DNA from: an uncultured virus (IMG/VR IMGVR_UViG_3300042448_001291) | Taxonomy: Duplodnaviria; Heunggongvirae; Uroviricota; Caudoviricetes | Strand: one strand, 5' to 3' | DNA length: 64,000 nucleotides | Virus record (IMG/VR): IMGVR_UViG_3300042448_001291 | Part shown: piece after piece, positions 1-9,953 of the stretch | Position numbering within the stretch: the first letter of the stretch is position 1 | Layout of the letters: the number at the start of each line of letters is the position of its first letter | Position numbers and translations under genes: made by a program | Notes under the pieces: generated by a model | What the model was told of the DNA's origin: nothing | Databases searched by the model: none | The model's input: the letters and a program-made list of their open reading frames with translations, nothing else

Positions 1-2
1 CA

Positions 3-284
3 CTTAAAAATGCGTTCAAACAAATCAGGGGTGCAATGAAAGCCAAAAAGAGTGAACAGAATGAACAAGCACTAGCAGCAGCATTAGCGGCCGAAACGGT
101 AACAGTATTGGGTATCCCAATTCTACCCTTTGCTTTTGGTCTTGTTGGTGGGTTGGCATTGTTAACAATTCTTGGACGATTGCTTAAAAGAATAAAAAAT
201 GGTCCAGAACCAGGCGAAAGAGGAAGAAATTGTAGACAGGAGGATAGACGATATAGAAGAATGATGAATAAAAAGTATTATTAA
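3..284 (+). CDS. 5'-truncated hypothetical membrane protein, paralog of 9937..10464
   Basis: Frame is open to the window edge; QNEQ followed by a hydrophobic stretch (LGIPILPFAFGLVGG) resembles QNEQ...LGVSMPPAFAMVIGG in 9937..10464. Confidence 0.7.
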   Translation, partial: LKNAFKQIRGAMKAKKSEQNEQALAAALAAETVTVLGIPILPFAFGLVGGLALLTILGRLLKRIKNGPEPGERGRNCRQEDRRYRRMMNKKYY

Positions 285-288
285 CATA

Positions 289-317
289 TAAACCCTCCAC
301 TATTGGAGGGTTTTTTA
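289..317 (+). terminator. Intrinsic terminator
   Basis: AAACCCTCCA-CTAT-TGGAGGGTTT followed by a T-run. Confidence 0.8.
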
Positions 318-345
318 TTATATTTAAACAGTACAAAACACATTT

Positions 346-1083
346 ATGAAAGAAACAACATATAAGACAATTAAACACTGGGACGATAATCTTATCGGTA
401 AACATGTATCAAAAGAGATAACTCAATTATTTGAACACTTTAATGAATATAATATCACTACCCTATCCTTTATAGACATTGGCGGGAATGTTGGGAAGTT
501 CTATGATGAAATCTCAAAGAACTATGAGGTGAAAAAATGTGAGATCGTTGAAGCGTCTAAAATACTATGTGAATATATGACCGACAAGTATAAGGACAAT
601 TCAAATATAACCATACATAACATAGGGTTATCTGATGAAGAGGGTGAATTTTACTTTGGGGATGAGAGTTTGCAGTACTATGAGGAAACCGGTATAGATG
701 GCTCCGATAGTCAAGACATCAATTTCGGACTATCTGCTGCGCATTTTGTGGAAAATCCACCTACACATGATTATCCAGGTAAAACTATGTTTTATAATTC
801 CACTAACTTTTTGGATAATCTAAATAAAATACCCGCTCAGGACATTAAGTTCATAAAAGTTGACACGGAAAGTCGCGATATACAAATCGTGTCGTCAATG
901 ACCGAATACTTGTCCAAGAACAATATATCCCCAATTATTTTGTTTGAAAACAACTTCCGTTATTTTCTGACATTGGAAGAAGGACAGAAATTAATTGATG
1001 ATCTATGTGATAAGGTGGGATACCACCCTGTTGACCTGGGTAAATTTGAAGATAACGTGTTTTTGCTGCCATTAGCAAAATAA
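346..1083 (+). CDS. FkbM-family SAM-dependent methyltransferase
   Basis: FIDIGGNVG SAM motif, IHNIGLSDEEG, IKFIKVDTE. Confidence 0.85.
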   Translation: MKETTYKTIKHWDDNLIGKHVSKEITQLFEHFNEYNITTLSFIDIGGNVGKFYDEISKNYEVKKCEIVEASKILCEYMTDKYKDNSNITIHNIGLSDEEGEFYFGDESLQYYEETGIDGSDSQDINFGLSAAHFVENPPTHDYPGKTMFYNSTNFLDNLNKIPAQDIKFIKVDTESRDIQIVSSMTEYLSKNNISPIILFENNFRYFLTLEEGQKLIDDLCDKVGYHPVDLGKFEDNVFLLPLAK

Positions 1084-1087
1084 TGCG

Positions 1088-1113
1088 AACCCTCCCTTAT
1101 GGGAGGGTTTTTT
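1088..1113 (+). terminator. Intrinsic terminator
   Basis: AACCCTCCC-TTAT-GGGAGGGTT followed by a T-run. Confidence 0.8.
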
Positions 1114-1129
1114 GTTATATTTATATACT

Positions 1130-1579
1130 ATGAAACTAATCATTACAGAATCCCAATTAAAACGTTTAATAAACGAGAACGAAGAGGACCCGTTCGACAT
1201 GAATACCTACAATAAAAGAATGCTTGGCGACAATATCATTAACATGTTCGTTGGCGCGCTAGAAGGTGGGTCCAATTACTGGTACCATCTTAGAAATGTT
1301 CCAACTGAAGTAAAACAAATAATGAAACAAGAGAACCTAGCATTCTCAGAAGCAATTGGACGTTATATACTAGATGGTGGACGTGTTACTTTCTATGATG
1401 CGGAAGATCGCGAAGAAGTGTTGGGTTATGTAGACATGGATAAAATAACAAAAGCATTAGATATTATCAAGAACGAATACCCAGACATATATGAGGCCAT
1501 TGTAGAAGAACAAGGAGATGCAGGTACAGATGATGTATTCTTGCAGATTGCGGTTATGGGAGACATCGTATTTGGGTAA
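1130..1579 (+). CDS. Hypothetical protein with MKLIITESQLKRLINE leader
   Basis: ORF; ATG just downstream of TATTTAT; shared N-terminal leader. Confidence 0.8.
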   Translation: MKLIITESQLKRLINENEEDPFDMNTYNKRMLGDNIINMFVGALEGGSNYWYHLRNVPTEVKQIMKQENLAFSEAIGRYILDGGRVTFYDAEDREEVLGYVDMDKITKALDIIKNEYPDIYEAIVEEQGDAGTDDVFLQIAVMGDIVFG

Positions 1580-1612
1580 TAATAGATATTTATAATAACA
1601 ATTAAAAGAAAG

Positions 1613-2425
1613 ATGATAAAAAAATTAATCCTTACAGAAGCAGAAAGAGAAGAAATCTTCAGTATGCACAAAAAACATGGTTATAGAAAACCATTAAAAG
1701 AAAATATAATGGTTAGCACAGTTCAAGAACCGTCAGCAGAAGTTACTGAAAACATGCCAATGGGTCAAGAAGATGTTGAAGCAACACCAGCAAGCAAGGT
1801 TGAAGACATTGTTAATAACGATCCTGGATTCCAAAATAAGATTGACGCTATTATTGGTGCATTATCTGATGAAGATATGGCGCAATTGCAAAGCGCATTA
1901 TCTGCCAATGGTATTGACGCAAATACTAGTGCAGAAGAAATTCATAGCGTAATCGAACACCCTCAAGAAGATGAACAAGATATGGGTGAGAACATGCACA
2001 ATGATCCAAAAAAACAAATTAAACATAAGGTTGCAAATATTCTTCACTCAGTTGGTGCTGGTAATATTGCAGCATGGGGTGGAGTTCCTGCTGCTATGGT
2101 AATCGGTTCTATGACGGGTATGCCAATTGGCTTCGCAGTAAGTTGGGGTGCAACAGCCGTTCTTATGGCCATTGCAAAGAAATTGAACCAAGGCGTTGAG
2201 AAGGAATCAATGTATGAGTCAAAGAAACCAATCAATGAAGGATTGGCTGATGAGGCGTATGAATTCACAGCGTCTTCAAAAAGAATCTCACAATCTTTAG
2301 AAATGTTGCATTCATTTGCCAAACAAGGTAACATGCGCGGAGCGAATGATGAGAAAGAAGTTCTTATGAAACATATTAGAAGAGCGGAGTATGCGTTGGA
2401 TGCAATAAAAAGAATGTTAAGATAA
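1613..2425 (+). CDS. Acidic hypothetical protein with leader and internal hydrophobic hairpin (putative virion protein)
   Basis: 270-aa ORF; MIKKLILTE leader; repeated LKE/INE sites; GXXXG-rich hydrophobic segment. Confidence 0.75.
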   Translation: MIKKLILTEAEREEIFSMHKKHGYRKPLKENIMVSTVQEPSAEVTENMPMGQEDVEATPASKVEDIVNNDPGFQNKIDAIIGALSDEDMAQLQSALSANGIDANTSAEEIHSVIEHPQEDEQDMGENMHNDPKKQIKHKVANILHSVGAGNIAAWGGVPAAMVIGSMTGMPIGFAVSWGATAVLMAIAKKLNQGVEKESMYESKKPINEGLADEAYEFTASSKRISQSLEMLHSFAKQGNMRGANDEKEVLMKHIRRAEYALDAIKRMLR

Positions 2426-2434
2426 TATTATCCC

Positions 2435-3136
2435 ATGAGCCAAAGAATTATAAAATTAAAAGAATCAGATATTCTTAAATTAGTTAAAAGAGTATTATCT
2501 GAAAATCAAAACAATAACACATCTCAAGCAAAGTTAGTTGCATTCAAATGTTATAAACCAGGTATTGTCCAAATTACTATTGGGCAGTGTGGTACAGTTG
2601 ATAGAGGTTGTTATACTTTTATCCATCCTAATACAACAAAATCATTGCGTGAGGATTTTGGTCAAGGTAAAAATGAAACTTGGGAAGTTAGTTGTGAAGA
2701 TTTAAAAAAGGGTATTGTGTACAATAAACAAGGGTACATCATAAGATGTCCTGAATTGGCAAAATATCTTGTATATAAATCTAATTGTTGTGGTACAAGC
2801 GGTGGTGACCAAGCCGGAGGAGGACAAACCGGAGGTGATCAAGCAGGATGTACAACTATTAGATGTAAAATTGAATCAGAAATAGATAAATGCACAAAGA
2901 AGAAATATACTTGGAAAGAAGTTAAGAAAGCATTTGAAGAGGAGTTCCCAGCAGGTGCGCCAAGCGGTTCTTCAGAAAGAAACCAACAACTATGGAAAGA
3001 GTGGAAGAAAGGTTGGAGACCAAAATGTAAAGACGGTTCAAGTGCTGGTGGTGATCAAACTGGAGATGGACAAACTGGTGGAAGAAATAAAGGCGGTAGC
3101 CAAACAGGTGGTGATCGACCAATATATGCTGGTTAG
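2435..3136 (+). CDS. Cys-rich hypothetical protein with GGDQ(A/T)GG repeats and leader
   Basis: IIKLKESDILKLVKRVLSE leader; two Gly/Gln-rich repeat blocks. Confidence 0.75.
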   Translation: MSQRIIKLKESDILKLVKRVLSENQNNNTSQAKLVAFKCYKPGIVQITIGQCGTVDRGCYTFIHPNTTKSLREDFGQGKNETWEVSCEDLKKGIVYNKQGYIIRCPELAKYLVYKSNCCGTSGGDQAGGGQTGGDQAGCTTIRCKIESEIDKCTKKKYTWKEVKKAFEEEFPAGAPSGSSERNQQLWKEWKKGWRPKCKDGSSAGGDQTGDGQTGGRNKGGSQTGGDRPIYAG

Positions 3137-3138
3137 TA

Positions 3139-4110
3139 ATGAAAGTAATAAAACTAAAAGAATCAGATTTAGTTAAACTTGTTAAAAGGGTTATTAAAGA
3201 ACAACAAACCCCTACTCAATATACGTGTCAAGTTGTTTCCGAGAAATCAACGAATATTAAAGATTTACCTGAATTGTTAAAGATATGGGGATCTTATGAA
3301 AAAATAAATCAAGAACTGAATACCAGGTCCCAACTATACATGTCTAAGTTGGGTGAACAATCTGTTCGTGCTGCTTGTGAAATTGCCCTAATACAAATTA
3401 GACCAAACTATAAAGGTAAAACCTTATTTGTAATAGATGGTAAAAACAATTTTATTTATCTGTTTGATCAAAATTCTAATTTTGTTACAAGCGGACCAAT
3501 AATAAAGGGTGAGAACAAACAATCATCTGACGCACAACAGATAGCGAAAGCACTTGTTTCTTCACAACAGATTGCCGATGCTTTAAAAGCAAAGGGTCTA
3601 CCTTTTACAACCGAAAATTTTTATGCTTACACAAAGAGCAATAAAATAGAATTTATTCCTAGTGGGATATATTATTCAGATAAAAACTTAATTGACCAAC
3701 CAGGAATGTTTGGTAAAACAAATAACTTACTACCACTTAAGACGCTTGATGGTAGTAGAATGATACAGGCGATTCATGGTTATGTAACTAGTAAGGAAAG
3801 AACACAAGCAATGTCCCTAGCAGAAAAACTTGTCACTAACCCGAAAAACCCTACATTAACAAAACAATTTATTGACGCAATTAATACTGATTTGAATTTG
3901 AACTTATCATATGGTTGTATTAATGTAAGCGCAAACTTTTTACCATACTTACAGAAGTATGGACCAAATTCATATGTGTTCGTGTTATCAGACACAGATG
4001 ATAATTATTTGGCAAACAACACAACAAATTATTTTAATAACTTATTAACTAACCCTAATTGTTTGTCTCCAGAAAAATTAGGCGCGGTGCCGGCATCAAA
4101 TATCGCTTAA
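3139..4110 (+). CDS. L,D-transpeptidase (YkuD)-like protein with leader
   Basis: AIHG...LSYGCINV matches the YkuD HG...SxGC catalytic motif; IPSGIY upstream motif. Confidence 0.7.
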   Translation: MKVIKLKESDLVKLVKRVIKEQQTPTQYTCQVVSEKSTNIKDLPELLKIWGSYEKINQELNTRSQLYMSKLGEQSVRAACEIALIQIRPNYKGKTLFVIDGKNNFIYLFDQNSNFVTSGPIIKGENKQSSDAQQIAKALVSSQQIADALKAKGLPFTTENFYAYTKSNKIEFIPSGIYYSDKNLIDQPGMFGKTNNLLPLKTLDGSRMIQAIHGYVTSKERTQAMSLAEKLVTNPKNPTLTKQFIDAINTDLNLNLSYGCINVSANFLPYLQKYGPNSYVFVLSDTDDNYLANNTTNYFNNLLTNPNCLSPEKLGAVPASNIA

Positions 4111-4658
4111 TGAATTTAAACGAACAAATATCTAGGATACAGTCGATGATGTATCTAAATGAGGATACTCTACCGCAAAGTTATGATAAGTTAATTAAAA
4201 CAATGCCGTTGGAATTAAAAGAGTTGTTATTTAAACAATGGAATGCAAAACAAAATCCAAAGTGGCATCCTGAAGGTAATAGTTTAAAACACATTATCGT
4301 TGTAATCCAAAGGGCTTATAGACATTATCCCGATGATCCCAATATGATCCTTGCAGCACTGTTCCATGACTTAGGTAAGTTGGACACTTATGCGCCACAT
4401 CCTAAGACGGGTGAACCTACTGCTTATGGTCACGAGTTTGAAGGTGAAAAATATGTGGACCAATTTAAAGATTGGATTCTTTCGTTTGATGGTACCGATA
4501 TTGACGAGATAAAGTATATCGTTAAGAACCATATGAAAATTAAGCCGCGTACTTGGGATACAATGAGGGATACCAAAAAGGAACCAATACAATCACACCC
4601 CTCCTTTGAGAAGTTAAAGGGGTTCACCGACAAGTTAGATGGTGGTGGATATTTATAA
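4110..4658 (+). CDS. HD-domain phosphohydrolase (similar to the HD domain of CCA-adding enzymes)
   Basis: WHPEGNSLKH...AALFHDLGK...AYGHE...VKNHM. Confidence 0.85.
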   Translation: MNLNEQISRIQSMMYLNEDTLPQSYDKLIKTMPLELKELLFKQWNAKQNPKWHPEGNSLKHIIVVIQRAYRHYPDDPNMILAALFHDLGKLDTYAPHPKTGEPTAYGHEFEGEKYVDQFKDWILSFDGTDIDEIKYIVKNHMKIKPRTWDTMRDTKKEPIQSHPSFEKLKGFTDKLDGGGYL

Positions 4659-4661
4659 TAC

Positions 4662-5219
4662 ATGAAACTCATTAACATATTAGAAGACGTTAACTCGAAA
4701 TGGGACGCTGTACTAGTTGCTGGGTTAAACTATCGAGAAGATGACAAGACCACTGAAGAACAGTTATCCTTATTTAAGAAGGGGTATGGTGGTAATGTTA
4801 AGGTGTTTAACTACAGCGATGCCACAAGTTCCGTTCTTAGTTTCATGAAGCAAAACCCTAAGATCCCGATATTCTTATTTAGTGCGGGTTGTAAAAATTC
4901 AGAAGATATTAGTATGAGCGAGTTTGTTGATGTTAAGAAACTATACATCATAGAACCATACGCCGCGGGTCCAAAGACCAAAACTAGTGTGCAGAACGCG
5001 GTTAGTAATGGTGTCCCAGCAAAGAATGTATTTGTGGGTCCACATGTTGGAAGAGGTTTGGGTGTTGTTGCTGGTGCCTCTAGTACAAATGCTAAGTCCC
5101 ATTGGGACGCTTTAACCATAGTCGGATCTAAGATTAAAGGTGGAAATGCAGGGAATGCAATACAAACACCTAGAGTGAAACGTAGTGCTAATTTCACTGT
5201 TGATGATTTGAATTTTTAA
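4662..5219 (+). CDS. Hypothetical protein, possible alpha/beta-hydrolase-like fold, C-terminal TVDDLNF
   Basis: LFSAG nucleophile-elbow-like motif, IIEP, late SHW. Confidence 0.6.
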   Translation: MKLINILEDVNSKWDAVLVAGLNYREDDKTTEEQLSLFKKGYGGNVKVFNYSDATSSVLSFMKQNPKIPIFLFSAGCKNSEDISMSEFVDVKKLYIIEPYAAGPKTKTSVQNAVSNGVPAKNVFVGPHVGRGLGVVAGASSTNAKSHWDALTIVGSKIKGGNAGNAIQTPRVKRSANFTVDDLNF

Positions 5220-5298
5220 CTTAATGACCGCCCGCCGCGCCTTCGGCGCAAAATGAGATGCTTGTATTGAAAGCACAATTTTAATGTATTTATAGGGT

Positions 5299-6264
5299 AT
5301 GAAACTTATTATAACGGAATCACAACTTAAGAACCTAATTAATGAAGGAAAGAAGTTAGATCAAAAAGATATTGAAACAAGATTAAAGAAAGCAAAAAGA
5401 TTGGCTCTTAAGTTTCCTAACCCTAGACAATTCGCATTAGAATACCCTAACCTATGGAATTTCCTTAGAGGACAGAAATTGGTTGACGAGGTATTTGTTG
5501 ATAGAAAAAAATATAATCCAGATGGTTATTGGACACCAGAAAAAGTTGGTGAGGAGGCGGCGAAATATAATTCCGCATCTGAATTACAAAAAAACAGTCA
5601 GGTTGCATATAGAAAAGCAACTGAGTATGGTATGTTAGGTGTTCTTTTTCCAATTAGATTAACAAAATGGAATTTGGATAATGCAACCGAGATTGCTAAA
5701 ACATTTGATACACCAACGGAATTATATAGAAATTATGCTAGAGCATATAACATATTAAGAGATGCTGGCCTTCTGAAAAACATCTACCCTAACTTTGTAT
5801 CCAAAAAAGGTGCTAAAGAAGGTGCTAGCAAATATAACAACAAAACAAAAGAAGAATTAACACAAATAGCAAAAAGTATTTTTGAAAAGAACGGATCGAT
5901 AAAAGGGAACGCCGGTTTATATAACGCATGTATTGAGAAAGGTGTTGATTTGGATGCGTTAAAAAAGAACACCAAATCAAAACAATATCGTTCAATGAGT
6001 GATGAAGAATTATTAGACCTCGCAAAAAAATATACCGACATTAGAGTTTTACAAAGAAAAGATGGTACGTTATATAATGAATTAAAAGTTAGAGGAATTT
6101 CTAAAAGAGCGGTTACCAAATTAAAAGGTGATATCAACACTGAAATACCAACAGACCAATTCATTAAATTGAAAAAGGATTATAACCATATCGATGATGA
6201 TAGGAGATATAATGATGAATTTATGTTTACACCTGTTACCGAAAATAGAATAGGCAAGCGATAA
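5299..6264 (+). CDS. Basic repeat protein (probable nucleic-acid binding) with leader
   Basis: Five ~45-50-aa repeats such as WTPEKVGEEAAKYNSASEL...AYRKA and WNLDNATEIAKTFDTPTEL...AYNIL. Confidence 0.7.
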   Translation: MKLIITESQLKNLINEGKKLDQKDIETRLKKAKRLALKFPNPRQFALEYPNLWNFLRGQKLVDEVFVDRKKYNPDGYWTPEKVGEEAAKYNSASELQKNSQVAYRKATEYGMLGVLFPIRLTKWNLDNATEIAKTFDTPTELYRNYARAYNILRDAGLLKNIYPNFVSKKGAKEGASKYNNKTKEELTQIAKSIFEKNGSIKGNAGLYNACIEKGVDLDALKKNTKSKQYRSMSDEELLDLAKKYTDIRVLQRKDGTLYNELKVRGISKRAVTKLKGDINTEIPTDQFIKLKKDYNHIDDDRRYNDEFMFTPVTENRIGKR

Positions 6265-6276
6265 TATTTATTAATT

Positions 6277-6801
6277 ATGAAATTAAAAAATGTGTTAGAG
6301 GAAATGCTTTTAGAATATAGAGACAAACTATACGCTTTTCTTAAAACAGATCTTCCTGGCGTTCCTGAATACATTATTCGTGATTTCTTTTATAAGGGGT
6401 TTAAACATAGCAAGAATTTTACTACACCAGGTACCGAAGATAACATTTACTACAATAGATATAAATCCATTGATTGGGACTATAAAAAAGATTTCCTTAT
6501 TCGTCTGGATATGTTTGACTCAATATCAAAAGAAAGGTTGGAAACACGTATTGGCGGAGATATGGGTAAACATCAAGCACCCAACGACGAACTAAGACAC
6601 GAGAAACAAAAAGAATTGTTACTAACAAAGGGTTTGACTGAACCTATTATTCTATTCATTTCTGCTGACGATCCGGACAAATATTCCTTAGGTGAAGGTT
6701 GGCATAGGGTTATTCAATTATTTAAAATGAACCCAAAAGGATTCAAATACCCCAACGTGTACATAGGTAGATATCCTGATCAGGATTTCATCGACTTTTA
6801 G
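6277..6801 (+). CDS. ParB/Srx-like domain protein with leader
   Basis: GLTEPIIL...YSLGEGWHRV resembles the ParB-N GxHR motif. Confidence 0.6.
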   Translation: MKLKNVLEEMLLEYRDKLYAFLKTDLPGVPEYIIRDFFYKGFKHSKNFTTPGTEDNIYYNRYKSIDWDYKKDFLIRLDMFDSISKERLETRIGGDMGKHQAPNDELRHEKQKELLLTKGLTEPIILFISADDPDKYSLGEGWHRVIQLFKMNPKGFKYPNVYIGRYPDQDFIDF

Positions 6802-6825
6802 TATTTATATTAAAATTAATTAAAA

Positions 6826-6945
6826 ATGGGAAGTAAAGCAAAAAAACCAAGAGCAATGCGCAGCAAGAAATCTGGTATTAAATCACAAATCAGAATTGAC
6901 GCAAACAATAAAATCCTATCTAAACTAGTAAAAGAGGCGAAATAA
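6826..6945 (+). CDS. 39-aa basic protein (not in ORF track)
   Basis: MGSKAKKPRAMRSKKSGIKSQIRIDANNKILSKLVKEAK, downstream of TATTTAT at ~6802. Confidence 0.6.
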   Translation: MGSKAKKPRAMRSKKSGIKSQIRIDANNKILSKLVKEAK

Positions 6946-7100
6946 GACACGATCTTTACTCTTCGTTATATTTTATATCATCCATACAAAATAGTTGAAC
7001 TATTGGTTTAATATTGCCAATAGGGTATGTTCCTTAATGATATCACTAATGGACAACAAATATCTCGATTTTGTTACTAAAAAACAGATATTTATTACTT

Positions 7101-7625
7101 ATGAAAGTTACAGTAATAAGCGAAAGCGAATATAAGCAACTTAAAGAGGGTTTTTTTAATAAAAAAGAAGACCCCTTTGACATTAACACATTCTTTAAGA
7201 ATATGTTTGGTGAGATGGTTATGAAAAAGGAAAGGGACGGAATTGTTTGGTATGGAAATGGTTATTTGAATCAAACTTCTTCTAGGGTTGTGGTATTCCC
7301 ACTTGAACCAGAAAAAGATGTACATATAAACACAAATGTAGTTGAGGGTATCGCTCTTTCATTGGGTGTTGATTTATTAAAAGCCAGAGACATGTTTATG
7401 AATTGGTTTGTAAAATACAATGTTAACAAAAGAGAAATGTTTGAAATATATAAAAAGATTTTTCCTGGAGATAGTTTGCATGGTGATAACCCAATAAGAA
7501 CGAAAGTGGCTTTTAATGTTTTATATAATGTTAGATTTTCTAAATTTATTGGTGGGTTAGTATACGGTAGAAAGAAAAAATTTAATAAAGATGATGCGCC
7601 ACCTTTAAGTACTGAACGATTTTAA
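7101..7625 (+). CDS. Hypothetical protein, paralog of 11805..12290
   Basis: Leader; EDPFDINTFFKNMFG vs EDMFSVDYFLKRMLG; shared ...IxxxLxx...NWF. Confidence 0.75.
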   Translation: MKVTVISESEYKQLKEGFFNKKEDPFDINTFFKNMFGEMVMKKERDGIVWYGNGYLNQTSSRVVVFPLEPEKDVHINTNVVEGIALSLGVDLLKARDMFMNWFVKYNVNKREMFEIYKKIFPGDSLHGDNPIRTKVAFNVLYNVRFSKFIGGLVYGRKKKFNKDDAPPLSTERF

Positions 7626-8729
7626 ATGAAGAAAATAATAATAACAGAATCTCAGTTAAAGAGAATTATTGAGGATAAAAAAATTAAAAAGGGTTCACCG
7701 GAAGAACTGGTGGATCTATTAAAGTTTTTACCTGTTAATGAGACGGCACAATATATTTCTGAGGAGGTATATTTGGATTTGGTAAATTATTATGAAAACG
7801 ATATTGAACCAAATAGCAGGGTGATAACATTTCATCCTGAAGAAGAATGCTTAAAACCATATGATTTGGAAATAAACTTTAAACCTTCAGGTAGTGGTAC
7901 TGGTATTGGATATTCGACCGATTCATATATTGATGTCAAATACCTTAGGAAAGAATCTATCGAATATAGAAATAACCCTCGAATGAGCAACACAATTAAA
8001 AAAGATATATTTCACATTGTTAAACATGAATGTAGTCATTTCTATTTGTCACAAAGAGGTGTTGAATCTTGTTTATATAATACACATCCTGATGGTATGA
8101 AGAAATATTATCAAGATAGACAGGAGATGGTGTTACATAGTAGAGAAATATTTGAACGCTTCGCCGAGGATTTCCCCAAGTGGCGAACTTACGATTTGGA
8201 AACGATAGCAAAAAGGTTACAACACAGGGTTAAACATTTACAATCTCATACGAGCATTTTTTATCCATTCAATGCGGGAACGCAGAAAAAGTATTTAAGT
8301 TTTATTATGAATCACTACGTTAAACCAGAGTTAGCAACATCTATTAATGAAGATTTTAAAGATGTTGAAAAAGAAGATAACACAGAATATTTTGATTGGG
8401 AATTAGAATTATGGGATTTTGGTAGCCGTTCAGGTACGTTTACTATTACTATGTTTGAGGGAGACGCTGAGGAGTATGATTATGATGCAGCAAAAATATT
8501 TGAGATAGATTTTAAATACTCAACAGCCCCTTATGAGGCACCAACAAGAGATTCTCCAGGATACGGCGGAGGTGTTGAAGAATGGTACGTAACTGGCATT
8601 AGATTGATTCAACCAGAAAAAAAAGAATTGGAGATATCATTTGCAGACCTGTTTACTAACAACACTAAAATAAATAATGCGATGAATGATGCGATTGTTG
8701 ATGCGTATAATAGTTATGACCCATGGTAA
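7626..8729 (+). CDS. Putative zincin-like (HExxH) protein with leader
   Basis: VKHECSHF...YYQDRQE. Confidence 0.6.
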   Translation: MKKIIITESQLKRIIEDKKIKKGSPEELVDLLKFLPVNETAQYISEEVYLDLVNYYENDIEPNSRVITFHPEEECLKPYDLEINFKPSGSGTGIGYSTDSYIDVKYLRKESIEYRNNPRMSNTIKKDIFHIVKHECSHFYLSQRGVESCLYNTHPDGMKKYYQDRQEMVLHSREIFERFAEDFPKWRTYDLETIAKRLQHRVKHLQSHTSIFYPFNAGTQKKYLSFIMNHYVKPELATSINEDFKDVEKEDNTEYFDWELELWDFGSRSGTFTITMFEGDAEEYDYDAAKIFEIDFKYSTAPYEAPTRDSPGYGGGVEEWYVTGIRLIQPEKKELEISFADLFTNNTKINNAMNDAIVDAYNSYDPW

Positions 8730-9403
8730 AAAAAATAATTATAACAGAGTCACAACTAAAGGTTTTATTAGAACAAATACCAGATAGTAGGTTTGGTAGA
8801 CCAGAAGATAATGCTATTTTGTATAAATCTAAGGCAAATGATTTAGGTTTTCTAGATTTTGATGATTTGGTAGATGTTGTATCAGCATCGATTGACGGCG
8901 TACCGGGTATCGGCACATTAGTGTCTGCGGGTATAGATATCGTTCATTCTATAACATATGCGGTAAGATTTTATTTTTCAAAAAATGATGACGAAAAATT
9001 TCTTAATGGTATGATGTGTATTGTAACCCTAGGTTCAACATTTATACCGGGATTGGGTAATTCATTAAATATTATTGCAAAAAATGGAATTAAAGGTACT
9101 ATTAAACATACGCCAGCAGAGGTTCTTCTTGTTGCTAAAAAAATAGGTTTATATAATAAAGCGGTATTTTTTTTATCAAAAACAAAATGGAAATACTCTA
9201 TTTTAATGGCTCTTGCAAGAATTTTACGTAATAAATTAGTTGATTTTTTAGTTCATATAAAGAAAAGTTTAACAAAACTTAAAAATAACGTACATAATAA
9301 ACAAATAGAAAAAGCAATTGATGAAATGTTAGCATTCATTAATGAAATGGAAACTGATGCAGTTGCTATGTTACAAATAATTAAAACCCTTGACAACGCT
9401 TAA
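8723..9403 (+). CDS. Hypothetical protein with leader and hydrophobic VPGIG/IPGLG hairpins
   Basis: MVKKIIITESQLKVLLE; amphipathic and hydrophobic segments. Confidence 0.75.
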   Translation: MVKKIIITESQLKVLLEQIPDSRFGRPEDNAILYKSKANDLGFLDFDDLVDVVSASIDGVPGIGTLVSAGIDIVHSITYAVRFYFSKNDDEKFLNGMMCIVTLGSTFIPGLGNSLNIIAKNGIKGTIKHTPAEVLLVAKKIGLYNKAVFFLSKTKWKYSILMALARILRNKLVDFLVHIKKSLTKLKNNVHNKQIEKAIDEMLAFINEMETDAVAMLQIIKTLDNA

Positions 9404-9953
9404 CGAACAAATATTGAGAATTAAAACAATGATGGGGTTAAATGAAAACCAAATCCTTAAATCCGCGTTAAAAAAAATGGATAAAGGGATATCTTATTCT
9501 GAATTAGATGCTAAAGAACGTATGAGTTTAGATATAATGGTAAACCATGCAGAAAATATTGATTTGCACAAATTTTATCGTGACAGAGGCAACACCTTTG
9601 GTCAAGTGGACACAAAAGTTAGAGTTAAATCAGTGGGTGACCAAATGATAAGTTCTGAAAGAGATAAAAAAAATGCCGGCAGAATTGGTTGGTTATTTCC
9701 GTACTACGAAATAGAAGATGACACTAATTATCCTTGGGTGACTCTTTGGACTGAAGATAAGATTGAAGATCCAAGAAATATAATGGGTTACTATTATGAG
9801 AGTATAAATGTATATTTAAATAATATTGAACTTATAGGGGTTGGCGATCAAAATATAAAATATTTTGAGTATAATCTAGATAAAAAAAGAAAAGAAGATC
9901 TTTGGATTAAAAATAAAATGAGTAAAAATAAAACAGATGAAACAAACACTTAA
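9390..9953 (+). CDS. Hypothetical protein with LNEQILRIKTMMGLNE leader
   Basis: ORF with TTG start; leader shared with 4110 and 9937. Confidence 0.7.
   Translation: MTTLNEQILRIKTMMGLNENQILKSALKKMDKGISYSELDAKERMSLDIMVNHAENIDLHKFYRDRGNTFGQVDTKVRVKSVGDQMISSERDKKNAGRIGWLFPYYEIEDDTNYPWVTLWTEDKIEDPRNIMGYYYESINVYLNNIELIGVGDQNIKYFEYNLDKKRKEDLWIKNKMSKNKTDETNT

Noticed and set aside
5227..5250. Short GC-rich hairpin (GCGCC-TTC-GGCGC)
   Set aside because: Single copy, short stem and no U-tract; too little to assign a function.
9380..9403. Programmed frameshift joining 8723..9403 to 9390..9953
   Set aside because: No clear slippery heptamer or downstream structure; a TTG start giving the LNEQ leader explains the overlap.
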